Of a stretch of DNA of 54,361 bases, positions 1 to 9,961 are shown piece by piece. The DNA comes from Zetaproteobacteria bacterium (GTDB taxonomy: Bacteria > Pseudomonadota > Zetaproteobacteria > Mariprofundales > Mariprofundaceae). The stretch lies in the NCBI GenBank assembly GCA_036985955.1, contig BTQQ01000001.1, positions 1 through 54,361 on the forward strand. Reading direction: 5' to 3'. Every line of letters begins with the position of its first letter. Position 1 is the first letter of the stretch. The position numbers were made by a program, and so were the translations under genes. The notes under the pieces were generated by a model, which worked only from the letters and a program-made list of their open reading frames with translations, searched no databases and was not told where the DNA came from.

Positions 1-121
1 AGCTGTTGTGGTGGGGGATACGGTTGGTGATCCGTTCAAGGACACTTCCGGCCCATCCATGAATATCCTGATCAATGTGATGGCCATTGTATCGCTGGTG
101 ATTGCACCCTTGCTGAGTTAG
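1..121 (+). CDS. hppA: 3' end of membrane proton-translocating pyrophosphatase (partial, runs off the left edge)
   Basis: The frame from nt 2 reads [39 protein letters not shown], then TAG at 119-121. [19 protein letters not shown] is the hallmark C-terminal PPase motif. It is absent from the ORF track because it has no start inside the window. Confidence 0.85.
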   Translation, partial: AVVVGDTVGDPFKDTSGPSMNILINVMAIVSLVIAPLLS

Positions 122-400
122 TGCCCCATCCTGTAAATTTGTGCGCCATCAGAGCCGCGCCAAGGAGCCAAGGCAAGGCGCGTCCCGAAGGCAATGACGC
201 GCCCTTGGCGAGGGATGCAATACCCCAGGGCACCCTCTCTCTCGCAAGCTCGATTCACCTTGCACCGCATTGGTTTCTTGGGACGGCTCCCTTCGGGCGA
301 GTACTGGCGGGCGTGCAGCTGCGTTGCACTCGTTTGAATTGGCTATGGCCAGTCCTGCACTCGCACGCCTTGCCGCACATCCCGCCAGTACTCGCTGATA

Positions 401-1579
401 GTGTACGAATTCACGGGATGGGACACTAGCCCGCTGCAGATACAGGAGGAATTTCCGCTACGTGATGGTCTGATTTATCTTAATCACGCCGCTGTGGGCG
501 TGTGGCCAAGGCGCACCTGCGAAGCGGTCAAGGCTTTTGCCGGGGAGAACATGCGGCAAGGTGCGGCGGATTACCCTCACTGGATGCAGATTGAGCGTGA
601 ACTGCGGAGCAAGCTGCAACGTTTGGTGAATGCGGCCAGTGTGGATGATATTGCGCTCGTTAAAAATACATCCGAAGGATTGTCGCTACTGGCTTACGGG
701 CTGGAATGGCAGCCGGGTGATAATATCGTTTCCACCAACCAGGAATTCCCATCCAATCGCATCGTCTGGGAATCGTTGAAAGGCAAGGGTGTTGCATTGC
801 GTCTTGCCGATATTGTCACCGATAATCCCGAGGCGGTGATATTGGCGCTTTGCGATAAGAATACCCGTCTTCTGACGGTCAGTTCCGTGCAGTATGCTTC
901 CGGCCTTCGGTTGAACCTTGAGCGTTTGGGCGCATTCTGCAGGGATAATGGAATTGTCTTCTGTGTCGATGCCATACAAAGCCTTGGCGCGCTTTGTTTT
1001 GACGCCCAGGCTTGTCGTGCGGATGTGGTGGTGGCGGACGGGCATAAATGGATGCTCGGACCCGAAGGCCTGGCCTTGCTTTACATCAAACCGGAATTGA
1101 GTAGCCACCTGAAACTGAAACAGTATGGCTGGCATATGGTTGAGCACCCCGGTGATTTTGACCGGCGCGACTGGCAGCCGGCAAAAAGTGCCCGCCGTTT
1201 TGAGCCGGGCAGCCCCAATATGCTTGGAATTCACGCACTCAATGCCAGCCTTTCATTGCTGGAAGATGTGGGGATGCAGGAGATTGAACGACGTGTGCTG
1301 GACCGTGCCAAGGTATTGATGGATATAATTCGGGAAGCACCAGAATGTGAACTTTTGACACCGCATGAATCCAGCCGTTTCGGCGGTATCGTGAATTTCC
1401 GATTCAGGGATATCAGCTATGCCGGCCATGAATATGTTTACAGACATCTCATGCAGCAAAAGGTGATTTGTGCTTTCAGGAGCGGTGGTATCCGTTTTTC
1501 ACCACATTTCTATGTTTCTGACGAACATCTTGAAAAGTCAGTCAGGATGGCGGTTCAATTTTCAGCTGCTGCATCATGA
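401..1579 (+). CDS. Class-V (cysteine desulfurase/selenocysteine lyase-like) PLP aminotransferase
   Basis: 392-aa ORF. It has IYLNHAAVG near the N-terminus and the PLP-lysine motif ADGHKWMLGPEG. GTG start at 401 with no clear SD. Confidence 0.8.
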   Translation: MYEFTGWDTSPLQIQEEFPLRDGLIYLNHAAVGVWPRRTCEAVKAFAGENMRQGAADYPHWMQIERELRSKLQRLVNAASVDDIALVKNTSEGLSLLAYGLEWQPGDNIVSTNQEFPSNRIVWESLKGKGVALRLADIVTDNPEAVILALCDKNTRLLTVSSVQYASGLRLNLERLGAFCRDNGIVFCVDAIQSLGALCFDAQACRADVVVADGHKWMLGPEGLALLYIKPELSSHLKLKQYGWHMVEHPGDFDRRDWQPAKSARRFEPGSPNMLGIHALNASLSLLEDVGMQEIERRVLDRAKVLMDIIREAPECELLTPHESSRFGGIVNFRFRDISYAGHEYVYRHLMQQKVICAFRSGGIRFSPHFYVSDEHLEKSVRMAVQFSAAAS

Positions 1580-1658
1580 TTCGCATCTGCTTTTGCGCTT
1601 TGCATGGCATGGTCTGAAGGGTAGGCTGCGCCGCCTTTATTTTCGGAGGTTCTCAGCG

Positions 1659-3443
1659 ATGACACAGCGCACCCGATGTGGTGATTTCGATGCCAAGCAG
1701 ATCGGCCAGAATGTCCGGCTTCATGGCTGGGTTCAGACCAACCGGGACCATGGTGGCGTGATATTTCTCGATGTGCGCGACCGCTTTGGGCTGGTGCAGG
1801 TGGTGGCGCATCCGGATACGCCTGAAATCCATAAGCTGGCCCATAGTCTGCGGCAGCAGGACGTCATTGAAGTGCTGGGAGAAGTCATCCCGCGATCACC
1901 GGAAACCGTCAATTCCAAGCTGGCAACCGGCGCGATTGAAGTGAAAGCCATCGAAATCCTGGTGCTGAACCGGGCAGAAACGCCGCCATTCCAGATTGAA
2001 GATGACTGTGACGCAGGTGAACAGCACCGGCTGGAATATCGCTATCTGGATTTGCGGCGTCCACGGATGCAGTCCAATATGATCCTTAGGCACAAGGTCA
2101 CGCATGCGGCCCGCAACTATCTGGATTCACAGGACTTCATCGAAGTTGAAACGCCGATACTGAACAAGTCGACGCCGGAAGGCGCGCGCGACTATCTGGT
2201 CCCTTCGCGTGTTTATCCGGGATCGTTTTATGCGTTGCCGCAAAGTCCGCAAATCTTCAAACAGTTGTTGATGGTGGCGGGGATGGACCGCTATTATCAG
2301 ATTGCACGCTGTTTTCGCGATGAAGATTTACGTGCGGACCGCCAGCCGGAATTCACTCAGGTTGATCTGGAAATGTCCTTTGTAACGCAGGATGATGTCA
2401 TGAATGTCGCCGAAGGGCTGATATCGACCATGTTTGAGGCAGGGATAGGCACGAAGCTCGAAACACCGTTTTCCCGGATTACCTATCACGAAGCGATAGA
2501 AAAGTATGGTCTGGACCGTCCGGACGTTCGTTTCGGACTGGAACATACAAATATCACTGATTTAATGAAACAGGTTGAATTCAAGGTATTCCGCGACCCT
2601 GCCGACAAGGGTGGGCTGGTGAAAGTGTTACATGTGCCCGGTGGCGGCTCCCTGACGCGCAAACAGATTGACGGTTATACCGATTTTGTCGGTATTTATG
2701 GCGCAAAGGGTCTGGCGTGGATCAAGGTGAATGACGTAACTGATATTCCCGGCGGTTTGCAGTCGCCCATTGTAAAATTCCTGCCGGATTCAGTGTTGGG
2801 CGATTTGTTATCCCGCTGCAACGCGAAGGATGGTGATATTCTATTCTTCGGCGCCGGAGATGCGAAAGTCGTGAATGATGCGCTGGGACACTTGCGGGTA
2901 AAACTTGGCCATGATCTCGGATTGTTTCATGAGGGTGATCACAGTTTTGTATGGGTGGTGGATTTCCCGATGTTCGGGTGGAACAGTGACGAAAAACGTC
3001 CGGAAGCATTGCACCACCCCTTTACCGCACCGGTTCCGGAGGATATGCATTTTCTGAAATCCGAACCTTTGAAGATGCGTTCGCAAGCTTACGATCTGGT
3101 ATGGAATGGAACCGAAATCGGTGGCGGGTCTATTCGTATTCATGATCGGGAAACACAGTCAAAGGTGTTTCAGGCGCTGCAAATCAGCGATAATGAAGCG
3201 GAGAGTAAATTTGGTTTCTTGATGAATGCGTTGCGATATGGCGCACCGCCGCATGGCGGTCTGGCCTTTGGTCTGGATCGTGTACTGGCATTGATGCTGG
3301 GTACGGAATCGATCCGGGATGTCATTGCTTTTCCGAAGACACAACGGGCAGCTGATCTGATGTGCGAAGCGCCATCGGAAGTGGATGATGAGCAGCTAAA
3401 GGAGCTTGGGCTAAGAAAACGCCGGACGGTTGCACCCGCCTGA
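1659..3443 (+). CDS. aspS: Aspartate--tRNA ligase
   Basis: Class II aaRS motifs are present (FRDEDLRADRQPEFTQVD, GGGSIRIH, GLDRV). The ATG at 1659 is preceded by GGAGG at 1646-1650. The track ORF (1470) is an upstream extension that overlaps the previous gene. Confidence 0.95.
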   Translation: MTQRTRCGDFDAKQIGQNVRLHGWVQTNRDHGGVIFLDVRDRFGLVQVVAHPDTPEIHKLAHSLRQQDVIEVLGEVIPRSPETVNSKLATGAIEVKAIEILVLNRAETPPFQIEDDCDAGEQHRLEYRYLDLRRPRMQSNMILRHKVTHAARNYLDSQDFIEVETPILNKSTPEGARDYLVPSRVYPGSFYALPQSPQIFKQLLMVAGMDRYYQIARCFRDEDLRADRQPEFTQVDLEMSFVTQDDVMNVAEGLISTMFEAGIGTKLETPFSRITYHEAIEKYGLDRPDVRFGLEHTNITDLMKQVEFKVFRDPADKGGLVKVLHVPGGGSLTRKQIDGYTDFVGIYGAKGLAWIKVNDVTDIPGGLQSPIVKFLPDSVLGDLLSRCNAKDGDILFFGAGDAKVVNDALGHLRVKLGHDLGLFHEGDHSFVWVVDFPMFGWNSDEKRPEALHHPFTAPVPEDMHFLKSEPLKMRSQAYDLVWNGTEIGGGSIRIHDRETQSKVFQALQISDNEAESKFGFLMNALRYGAPPHGGLAFGLDRVLALMLGTESIRDVIAFPKTQRAADLMCEAPSEVDDEQLKELGLRKRRTVAPA

Positions 3444-3533
3444 TTTGTAACGGCTCGCCATCCTGTTCACGGTGCGCAGCATCAATGAAAGCTCCATCCT
3501 GGATGACCTTTGACAAAGTGTTCCCAACGTCCG

Positions 3534-3824
3534 ATGATGCAAGGTATGCGATGGGGATTATGCATTATAGTGCTCATGCTGGCGGCCTGTGCAACAAGTC
3601 CGCCGGTACAGGAAATGGCGGCTGCGCGTTCGGCTATCAGCATGGCCAGGAGCATTCCCGATGGCGGGCCTAAATCTGCTGCTTCGCTGAAGAGTGCGGA
3701 ACAGGCGCTTGAAGAAGCCGCACGCTCCATTGACGAGGAACGTTATGAAAGGGCGCGCCATCTGGCGGTAGAAGCCAAGCATAAAGCCCAACGGGCGGCA
3801 AAACTCAAACAAAAAGGGCGGTAG
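3534..3824 (+). CDS. Small lipoprotein, DUF4398-like
   Basis: Signal peptide with lipobox LMLAAC, followed by a helical Ala/Glu/Lys-rich domain. The start is ambiguous (TTG 3510, ATG 3534/3537/3546). Confidence 0.6.
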   Translation: MMQGMRWGLCIIVLMLAACATSPPVQEMAAARSAISMARSIPDGGPKSAASLKSAEQALEEAARSIDEERYERARHLAVEAKHKAQRAAKLKQKGR

Positions 3825-3869
3825 CAAGCTATATCAAAATGCTGAATATCATTAGCAGAAGAGGAACAT

Positions 3870-5630
3870 ATGAGTCATCCGGAGATCCAAGCACCTGAAT
3901 TCGGCAAAAAAATTACCATGGGTAAAGATGGGAAATTGAAGGTGCCCGATCAACCCATCGTCACCTTTATCGAGGGTGATGGTATCGGACCGGATATCTG
4001 GCGTGCCACGCAGCGCATTCTTGATGCGGCTGTAGAGAAAGCCTACGACGGCAAGCGTAAAATTGCCTGGATGGAGACCTATGCTGGCGAAAAGGCATGG
4101 AATCGCTATGAGCAGACGGATGATGCCTGGCTGCCGCAGGAAACCCTGGATACTTTACGTGAATATATGGTGGGTCTCAAAGGACCGCTAACCACACCCA
4201 TCGGGGGCGGTATGGGTTCGTTGAATGTCGCGATTCGGCAAGCACTGGATTTGTATGTATGCCTTCGGCCCGTAAAGTATTATGCGGGCGTACCGTCACC
4301 GGTGAAGCGCCCGGAAGACGTGGATATGGCAATTTTTCGTGAGAATACCGAGGATATCTATGCCGGTATTGAGTGGCCGGAAGGTTCCGATGAAGTCAAA
4401 AAGATGATTGCTTTCCTGCAGAATAAAATGGGTGTGAGCAAAATCCGTTTCCCCGATACATCCGGCATTGGCATCAAGCCCGTCAGCCGCGAGGGCACGG
4501 AACGTCTGGTGCGCGCGGCCATTCAGTATGCTATTGATAACAAGCTTGGATCGGTCACGCTGGTTCACAAGGGCAACATCATGAAATACACGGAAGGCGC
4601 GTTCCGTAACTGGGGGTATGAACTGGCCAAACGCGAATTCGATGCCAAAGAGATTGATGGCGGGCCGTGGTGCAAATTGCCAAACGGAATCATCATCAAG
4701 GATGCGATTGCGGACATTGCGTTGCAGCAGGTACTGACACGCGCCAAAGAATTCGATGTGATTGCCACCCTGAACCTGAATGGTGATTATTTATCCGATG
4801 CCCTAGCGGCACAGGTTGGCGGCATTGGTATCGCGCCGGGTGCGAATATCAATTACGACACGGGTTGTGCGGTTTTTGAAGCCACCCACGGAACAGCACC
4901 GAAATATGCTGGCAAGAATATGGTGAATCCTTCCTCCATGTCACTTTCCGGAGCCATGATGCTCCGTTACATGGGATGGGAAGAGGCGGCGGATATGGTC
5001 GAGAAAGGCATTACCGGGGCCATTGCCGCGAAGACGGTGACCTATGATTTTCATCGCTTGATGGAAGGCGCGACCAAACTTTCTACATCGGAGTTTGGAG
5101 ATGCTATTATAGAACATATGGAGGACGACATGGGTAAAAAAGTGGAAGAGGAACAAAAAAAGGAAGAAGACCAATACGACCAGCTGGCAGCACGATTTAA
5201 AGAGCTGTTTGAGTCCGGCACCGAAAAGAGCGCCGAGTTTGCCCATACGGCTCTGGAGAAGGCGCGTCAGCAGTTAACGGCTGCTGGTGCCTTCAGCGAA
5301 GAACAGGGGCAAAAACTCAAAGGTTTTATGGAACGTGATTTTGCACAACTTGCAACGTCCATGCGTGACGAAGCGCGTGAGCGGTTGAATCCGGCGCGTC
5401 TCGGCGCGGGTGCATTGGCATCCATTTCTTCACTCTTGCATGTAGCCAGTTCTCTTTTATCCGATGCGGCCGGGCGTGCTGAAAAAGGCCTTCTCTGCCG
5501 TTCGGGCGAGGTTACCAGCGCGGGCACGCTTAATTGCATTGCCTGTGGGCATGAAATTCATATGAGGAAAACAGGGCGGGTGCCACCATGTCCGAAATGC
5601 CATGCCACGGAGTTTAAGAAGAGTTATTGA
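3870..5630 (+). CDS. icd: NADP-dependent isocitrate dehydrogenase fused in frame to a DUF1451-like zinc-ribbon domain
   Basis: Residues 1-417 match prokaryotic IDH ([31 protein letters not shown] ... [11 protein letters not shown], the usual C-terminus). About 166 further residues follow, with coiled-coil character and a C-terminal CIACG...PPCPKCH pattern. Confidence 0.9.
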   Translation: MSHPEIQAPEFGKKITMGKDGKLKVPDQPIVTFIEGDGIGPDIWRATQRILDAAVEKAYDGKRKIAWMETYAGEKAWNRYEQTDDAWLPQETLDTLREYMVGLKGPLTTPIGGGMGSLNVAIRQALDLYVCLRPVKYYAGVPSPVKRPEDVDMAIFRENTEDIYAGIEWPEGSDEVKKMIAFLQNKMGVSKIRFPDTSGIGIKPVSREGTERLVRAAIQYAIDNKLGSVTLVHKGNIMKYTEGAFRNWGYELAKREFDAKEIDGGPWCKLPNGIIIKDAIADIALQQVLTRAKEFDVIATLNLNGDYLSDALAAQVGGIGIAPGANINYDTGCAVFEATHGTAPKYAGKNMVNPSSMSLSGAMMLRYMGWEEAADMVEKGITGAIAAKTVTYDFHRLMEGATKLSTSEFGDAIIEHMEDDMGKKVEEEQKKEEDQYDQLAARFKELFESGTEKSAEFAHTALEKARQQLTAAGAFSEEQGQKLKGFMERDFAQLATSMRDEARERLNPARLGAGALASISSLLHVASSLLSDAAGRAEKGLLCRSGEVTSAGTLNCIACGHEIHMRKTGRVPPCPKCHATEFKKSY

Positions 5631-5633
5631 TTC

Positions 5634-6449
5634 ATGCATGGGGGCTTCGTAAAAAGACGATGGACGGGCTTTTTACGATTTCATGATGTGTTTTTTCCAG
5701 CATTGCTGTGCATCTTGCTTGGCTTTGCGCCAAATGCGGCTTTTGCAGGCTGGATGGATGATGCTTTATCCGGTTTAAACTCGTTTGGGCAGAGCGTCCA
5801 CAGCAAGAAATCAGCATTTTCTCATACGAATACGCTGGCTAACAGCGACATTGCCGAGGGTTTAAAACAGGCATTGCGCAAGGGTGCACGCATTTCTGTC
5901 GATTATCTGGGCCGTGCCGATGGATTCTGGAAACATCCGGATGTGCGAATTCCACTTCCCAGAGCGCTTCAGACACCGGCCCGGTTGCTGCGGCAGGCTG
6001 GTTTGGGATCGTATGCCGAACAATTGCAAAAACGCATGAATCGTGCTGCCGAAAAAGCCGTACCATTGGCCAAGCCCGTGTTCTACGATGCCATTCGTTC
6101 CATGCGTTTTTCCGATGCGCGCCGGATATTGCAGGGGAAGAATGATGCGGCGACGCGTTATTTTGAACGCGAAACAGAATCAAGCCTTACCAGAGCTTTT
6201 TTCCCAATTGTGCACAGGGAGCTTAACCGTTCCGGTGCGGTAAGAAGTTATCGCACATTTTCCAGTCAGTATGCTTCATTGCCCTTTGTGGGCAGCCGCC
6301 TGAATGATAACCTGGATGCTTATGTCACGAAAAAGGCTTTAACTTCGATGTTTGCGGTGCTGGCTCGCGAAGAAGCTAAAATCCGCCAAAATCCTGCCGC
6401 CCGCACGACGCAGCTACTACGCAACGTTTTCAGGCAAACATCACAGTAA
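5634..6449 (+). CDS. Secreted DUF4197 family protein
   Basis: N-terminal signal peptide. Matches the family pattern as I remember it (GLKQALRKG...VDYLGRADGF...VRIPLP...MNRAAEKAVPLAKPVF...YVTKKAL...IRQNPAARTT). Confidence 0.75.
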   Translation: MHGGFVKRRWTGFLRFHDVFFPALLCILLGFAPNAAFAGWMDDALSGLNSFGQSVHSKKSAFSHTNTLANSDIAEGLKQALRKGARISVDYLGRADGFWKHPDVRIPLPRALQTPARLLRQAGLGSYAEQLQKRMNRAAEKAVPLAKPVFYDAIRSMRFSDARRILQGKNDAATRYFERETESSLTRAFFPIVHRELNRSGAVRSYRTFSSQYASLPFVGSRLNDNLDAYVTKKALTSMFAVLAREEAKIRQNPAARTTQLLRNVFRQTSQ

Positions 6450-6573
6450 GTATGTAAAACCTCTACTATACTGAGGTTACGGGTTTTCTGTCGAGGGCAG
6501 CAAGGGATGTCCCGCGAGAGGAACACGCGAATCCATGGGCGAGTTGAAGTTTATACCGGAGTAGCCGCCGCTG

Positions 6574-7812
6574 TTACATTATTTCCTTGGTAAGTGATTC
6601 ACGCAGATGTGTGCTAACTGTGACACCTGTCTGCAAGGTTTTGTGTACCGGACATTTTTCTGCGATTTCCAACAAGCGTTGGCGTTGCGTATCATCAAGA
6701 TTTCCAACCAGTTCCAGTTCCCGATCAATATGATCAAGCATCCCGTTGGTATCCGGGCAATCACGGCAATCGTTGGCATGTACTTTCCGATGTTTTAGAT
6801 GGACATTCACTTCTTTTAAAGGCCACTTCTTGCGATCCGCATACATGCGTAACGTCATGCCGGTGCATGCACCCAGGGCGGCTGCAAGCAGTTCGTAGGG
6901 GCTTGGCCCCAGATTGCCGCCACCAACCGATTCGGGCTCATCTGCATGTAAAACATGTCCGCTGGCGGATATTTCAGTATAAAAGCCCGTGTCTTCCGTA
7001 TGCGTGGAGACCCGGCCTTGTTGTTGCCACCCGGTTGCATTCTGCCCGGAAGGTGTCAGGTACTTGAGCGCCCATGCGGCAATTACAGCGCCGACATAAC
7101 GTGCATCCTCTTCCCGGGTGAGCAGATGATTGGCCCGATCAAGCGAAATAAAGCTTTTGGGATGCATGGCTGCCTCAAAAATGCGGGCAGCGTTGTCCAC
7201 GCCTACGGTATCATCCACGGGTGAATGAAAAACAAGCAGGGCACGGCCCAGTTCGTGAATGACCGTATGCATGTCTACAGCCGCGAAATCCTCCAGTAAT
7301 TGCTTTTTAATGCGGAACTTACGCCCGGCAAGCATTATCTCTGCTTCGCCGTTGCGTTGAATCATTTCATGACTGTCCGCGAACATACGGCTGACATGCG
7401 CGGGTTCAAAAGGGGCTGCAATGGTAGCGACCGCCCGGCATTCCGGAATCCGGCCTGCGGCCATCAGAACCGCCGCACCTCCCAATGAGTGTCCAATCAA
7501 AATGGCCGGTGCTGAATATGATTCACGCATAAAATTAACGGCACTTATTAAATCACTGATATTAGAGGAGAAATTTGTATCAGAGAAATCACCTTCACTT
7601 TCCCCCAAGCCGGTAAAATCAAAACGCAATACAGCGACGCCCTGGCCGGTTAGCGCATGGCTGATGTGGGCAACCGATTTCAAGTTTTTTGAACAGGTGA
7701 AACAGTGTGCAAAGAGAGCGTAAGCACGGGGTTTTTTATCCAGAGGCCAATCCAGCCATGCAGCCAGTTTCTCTCCCTGATTATTTTCAAAATACAGCTT
7801 TTCTCTGCGCAT
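6574..7812 (-). CDS. Bifunctional alpha/beta hydrolase / OsmC-family peroxiredoxin-like protein
   Basis: The N-terminal half has the nucleophile elbow GHSLGG. The C-terminal half is OsmC-like ([19 protein letters not shown]...EKCPVHKTL). ATG at 7812 is preferred over the TTG at 7827. Confidence 0.85.
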   Translation of the reverse strand: MRREKLYFENNQGEKLAAWLDWPLDKKPRAYALFAHCFTCSKNLKSVAHISHALTGQGVAVLRFDFTGLGESEGDFSDTNFSSNISDLISAVNFMRESYSAPAILIGHSLGGAAVLMAAGRIPECRAVATIAAPFEPAHVSRMFADSHEMIQRNGEAEIMLAGRKFRIKKQLLEDFAAVDMHTVIHELGRALLVFHSPVDDTVGVDNAARIFEAAMHPKSFISLDRANHLLTREEDARYVGAVIAAWALKYLTPSGQNATGWQQQGRVSTHTEDTGFYTEISASGHVLHADEPESVGGGNLGPSPYELLAAALGACTGMTLRMYADRKKWPLKEVNVHLKHRKVHANDCRDCPDTNGMLDHIDRELELVGNLDDTQRQRLLEIAEKCPVHKTLQTGVTVSTHLRESLTKEIM

Positions 7813-8150
7813 ACCTTCCACTCTCAATGTTCGTTCATGTTTGGTCTTTGATGCTTACGCCCTTCCGGAAAACAATATATCTCACCGGTTCAAACGGGGA
7901 AGGGTAATACCAGTCTACATCGTTATTGATCACACTTTCGACAACAATATCGTAATAGCTGGTGTCCTGTAAAACCATTGGCCGTCTAAAGCCAGTTTGA
8001 TATATCACCGGGTTTGCCGGAATTGTATCAGGAGGTGCGCCAGCAAACGGAGGCGATTTGTGTGCCGCTGGAGACCGAGGGTTATAGGTTATACTATCCG
8101 TTATGTCGGATGTTGCTCCGACAAAATAGAATCTGGCAGCTTGATCCGGG

Positions 8151-9179
8151 TTAACGATTATTGACAGGAAGAAGGGGGACGGTGGTTTCCTTCCGTTGAC
8201 CGGTGAGGCTGCGGAGGAACATGAGTAAATCCTGTTTTTCCTGCGTATTCAGGTTCAGGGGCAAAAGTTCATTGCCTCTACCAATCCTGTCGCCTCCCCG
8301 ATTATAAAAATCAATGATTTCTACCAGTGATTTCTTTGATCCGTTATGCATATAAGGGGGCGTTATGGCAACGTCTCTCAGTCCTGGCGTCTTGAATGCG
8401 TTGCGGTCCGCCTTCTTACCCGAAATCTCAAAATGCCCGGGGTCAACACTGTTAAGGCCTGTGTTATGAAAAAGTGAGTCCGTAAAGGCCGGGCCGGTAT
8501 GGCAACGTATACAGGCAGCTTTACCCGTAAATAAAACAAACCCTCTTTTGGCGGCATCAGGAATCGCCGTAGCATCGCCATTCAACCAGTGGTCGAATGG
8601 GCTGGAATTTGAAACAACACCACGAAGAAATGTCGCAAGTGCTGCGGAGATACGTTCAAAATTTACCCCCTCCGACCCGAAAGCCAGCGAGAATTCTTTA
8701 CGATATCCGGGCAGAGACGCAATACGGATGACGATATCGCGTGGTGTTTTGGCATTCGACATAGCTGGAGAAAGTATATCCTGACTGACGGCATCCTCCA
8801 GGCTGTTGGCGCGTCCGTCCCAGAAGAATGCCCTGACATAACCGATGTTGATAAGACTTGGCGTATGACGGCCCAGAGCATGTCCTTCTTCTATGGTCCG
8901 TGCCATTGCGTCCGCCCAGCCAAGGCCGGGATGATGGCAAGTGGCGCAAGTTTGTGCCGGGTTTCCGGAAAGGCGTGGGTCGAAAAAGAGTTTTCGGCCT
9001 AATTGTGCCTTAGCGGCGCTGTAGGGATTGGATGAAGGGTAGGAAACCGGAGGAAGTATCCATGCAGCTGCATCAACCGGAGGTCCTGCTACTGCATATG
9101 GGATAGTAAGTATATAAAACAGCAAAAAAGTGGCGGTGCGCAGCAAACATTCCTCCGTATGATAAATTGTTCCCACCAC
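8151..9179 (-). CDS. Di-heme cytochrome c peroxidase (CCP/MauG family)
   Basis: Two CxxCH motifs (CATCHH, CIRCHT). The likely true start is the TTG at 9146, after GGAGGA, which gives the signal peptide MLRTATFLLFYILTIPYAVA. Confidence 0.88.
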   Translation of the reverse strand: MVGTIYHTEECLLRTATFLLFYILTIPYAVAGPPVDAAAWILPPVSYPSSNPYSAAKAQLGRKLFFDPRLSGNPAQTCATCHHPGLGWADAMARTIEEGHALGRHTPSLINIGYVRAFFWDGRANSLEDAVSQDILSPAMSNAKTPRDIVIRIASLPGYRKEFSLAFGSEGVNFERISAALATFLRGVVSNSSPFDHWLNGDATAIPDAAKRGFVLFTGKAACIRCHTGPAFTDSLFHNTGLNSVDPGHFEISGKKADRNAFKTPGLRDVAITPPYMHNGSKKSLVEIIDFYNRGGDRIGRGNELLPLNLNTQEKQDLLMFLRSLTGQRKETTVPLLPVNNR

Positions 9180-9262
9180 CCATTTAACGAAACGCTAATC
9201 GGATTGGGCACGAACGCAAGCATGACTTGTTCTTCGCTGGCGGCTCAGGCGTATGCAATGCT

Positions 9263-9961
9263 TTAATCCGGATAGGAAAGAGGGTCCTTTTCTCCAAGTT
9301 CGGCAAATCCCTGTCGCCGGAATCGGCAGGAATCACAGTGGCCGCATGGCTTACCATTGGGTGCCGGATCATAGCAGGAATGGGTAAGACTATAGTCCAG
9401 CCCCAGACTCAGCCCCAAGGCGATGATTTCGGATTTTTTCATCCCGATAAGTGGCGTTTCGATACTGAAAGGTTGTCCTTCAACTCCCGCTCTGGTTCCC
9501 AATTGCACAGCTTTGCAAAAAGCGTCGAAGAATTCGGGACGGCAATCGGGATAACCTGAATAATCAATAATATTAGCACCGATAATGAGGCGGAATGCTT
9601 TGATACGTTCGGCAAATCCCGCAGCGATGGAAAGAAAAATGAGGTTGCGGGCCGGAACATAAGTCACCGGGATGCCATAGGTATTTTCCTGATCCTTGGG
9701 GACGGCGATTTCACTGGTCAGGGCTGAACCACCGATGGCTGCGAGGTTAACGTGCAAAACACGATGATCCGCAACATTCAGGGATGTTGCTACGCGGGCT
9801 GATGCTTCCAACTCAATACGGTGACGCTGGCCGTAGTCAAAGGCTACACTATGACATTCCCATCCCTGTTTTTTTACAGCCCAGGCGAGAGCAGTGCTAG
9901 AATCCAGACCGCCGGATAGCAATACCACGGCCTTGGTGTTTTGGGATAGAATACGAGTCAT
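9263..9961 (-). CDS. queC: 7-cyano-7-deazaguanine synthase
   Basis: PP-loop VVLLSGGLDSST and C-terminal zinc cysteines CGHCDSC. The ATG at 9961 overlaps the queE stop (ATGA). Confidence 0.93.
   Translation of the reverse strand: MTRILSQNTKAVVLLSGGLDSSTALAWAVKKQGWECHSVAFDYGQRHRIELEASARVATSLNVADHRVLHVNLAAIGGSALTSEIAVPKDQENTYGIPVTYVPARNLIFLSIAAGFAERIKAFRLIIGANIIDYSGYPDCRPEFFDAFCKAVQLGTRAGVEGQPFSIETPLIGMKKSEIIALGLSLGLDYSLTHSCYDPAPNGKPCGHCDSCRFRRQGFAELGEKDPLSYPD

Noticed and set aside
121-429. 102-aa plus-strand ORF in the hppA/aminotransferase spacer
   Set aside because: It has no SD. Its Arg/Pro/Ala-rich composition is what a GC-rich structured spacer would produce. It overlaps the start of the downstream aminotransferase. 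I treat the region as non-coding.
1470-1658. N-terminal extension of the aspS ORF
   Set aside because: The extension overlaps the 3' end of the aminotransferase gene and has no similarity to AspRS N-termini. The ATG at 1659, with GGAGG 8 nt upstream, gives a normal 594-aa AspRS.
6454-6490. Weak hairpin AACCTC/GAGGTT with GGGTTTT between the convergent DUF4197 and hydrolase-OsmC genes
   Set aside because: The stem is only 6 bp and AT-rich, and the T-run is only 4 nt. That is too weak to call a terminator.
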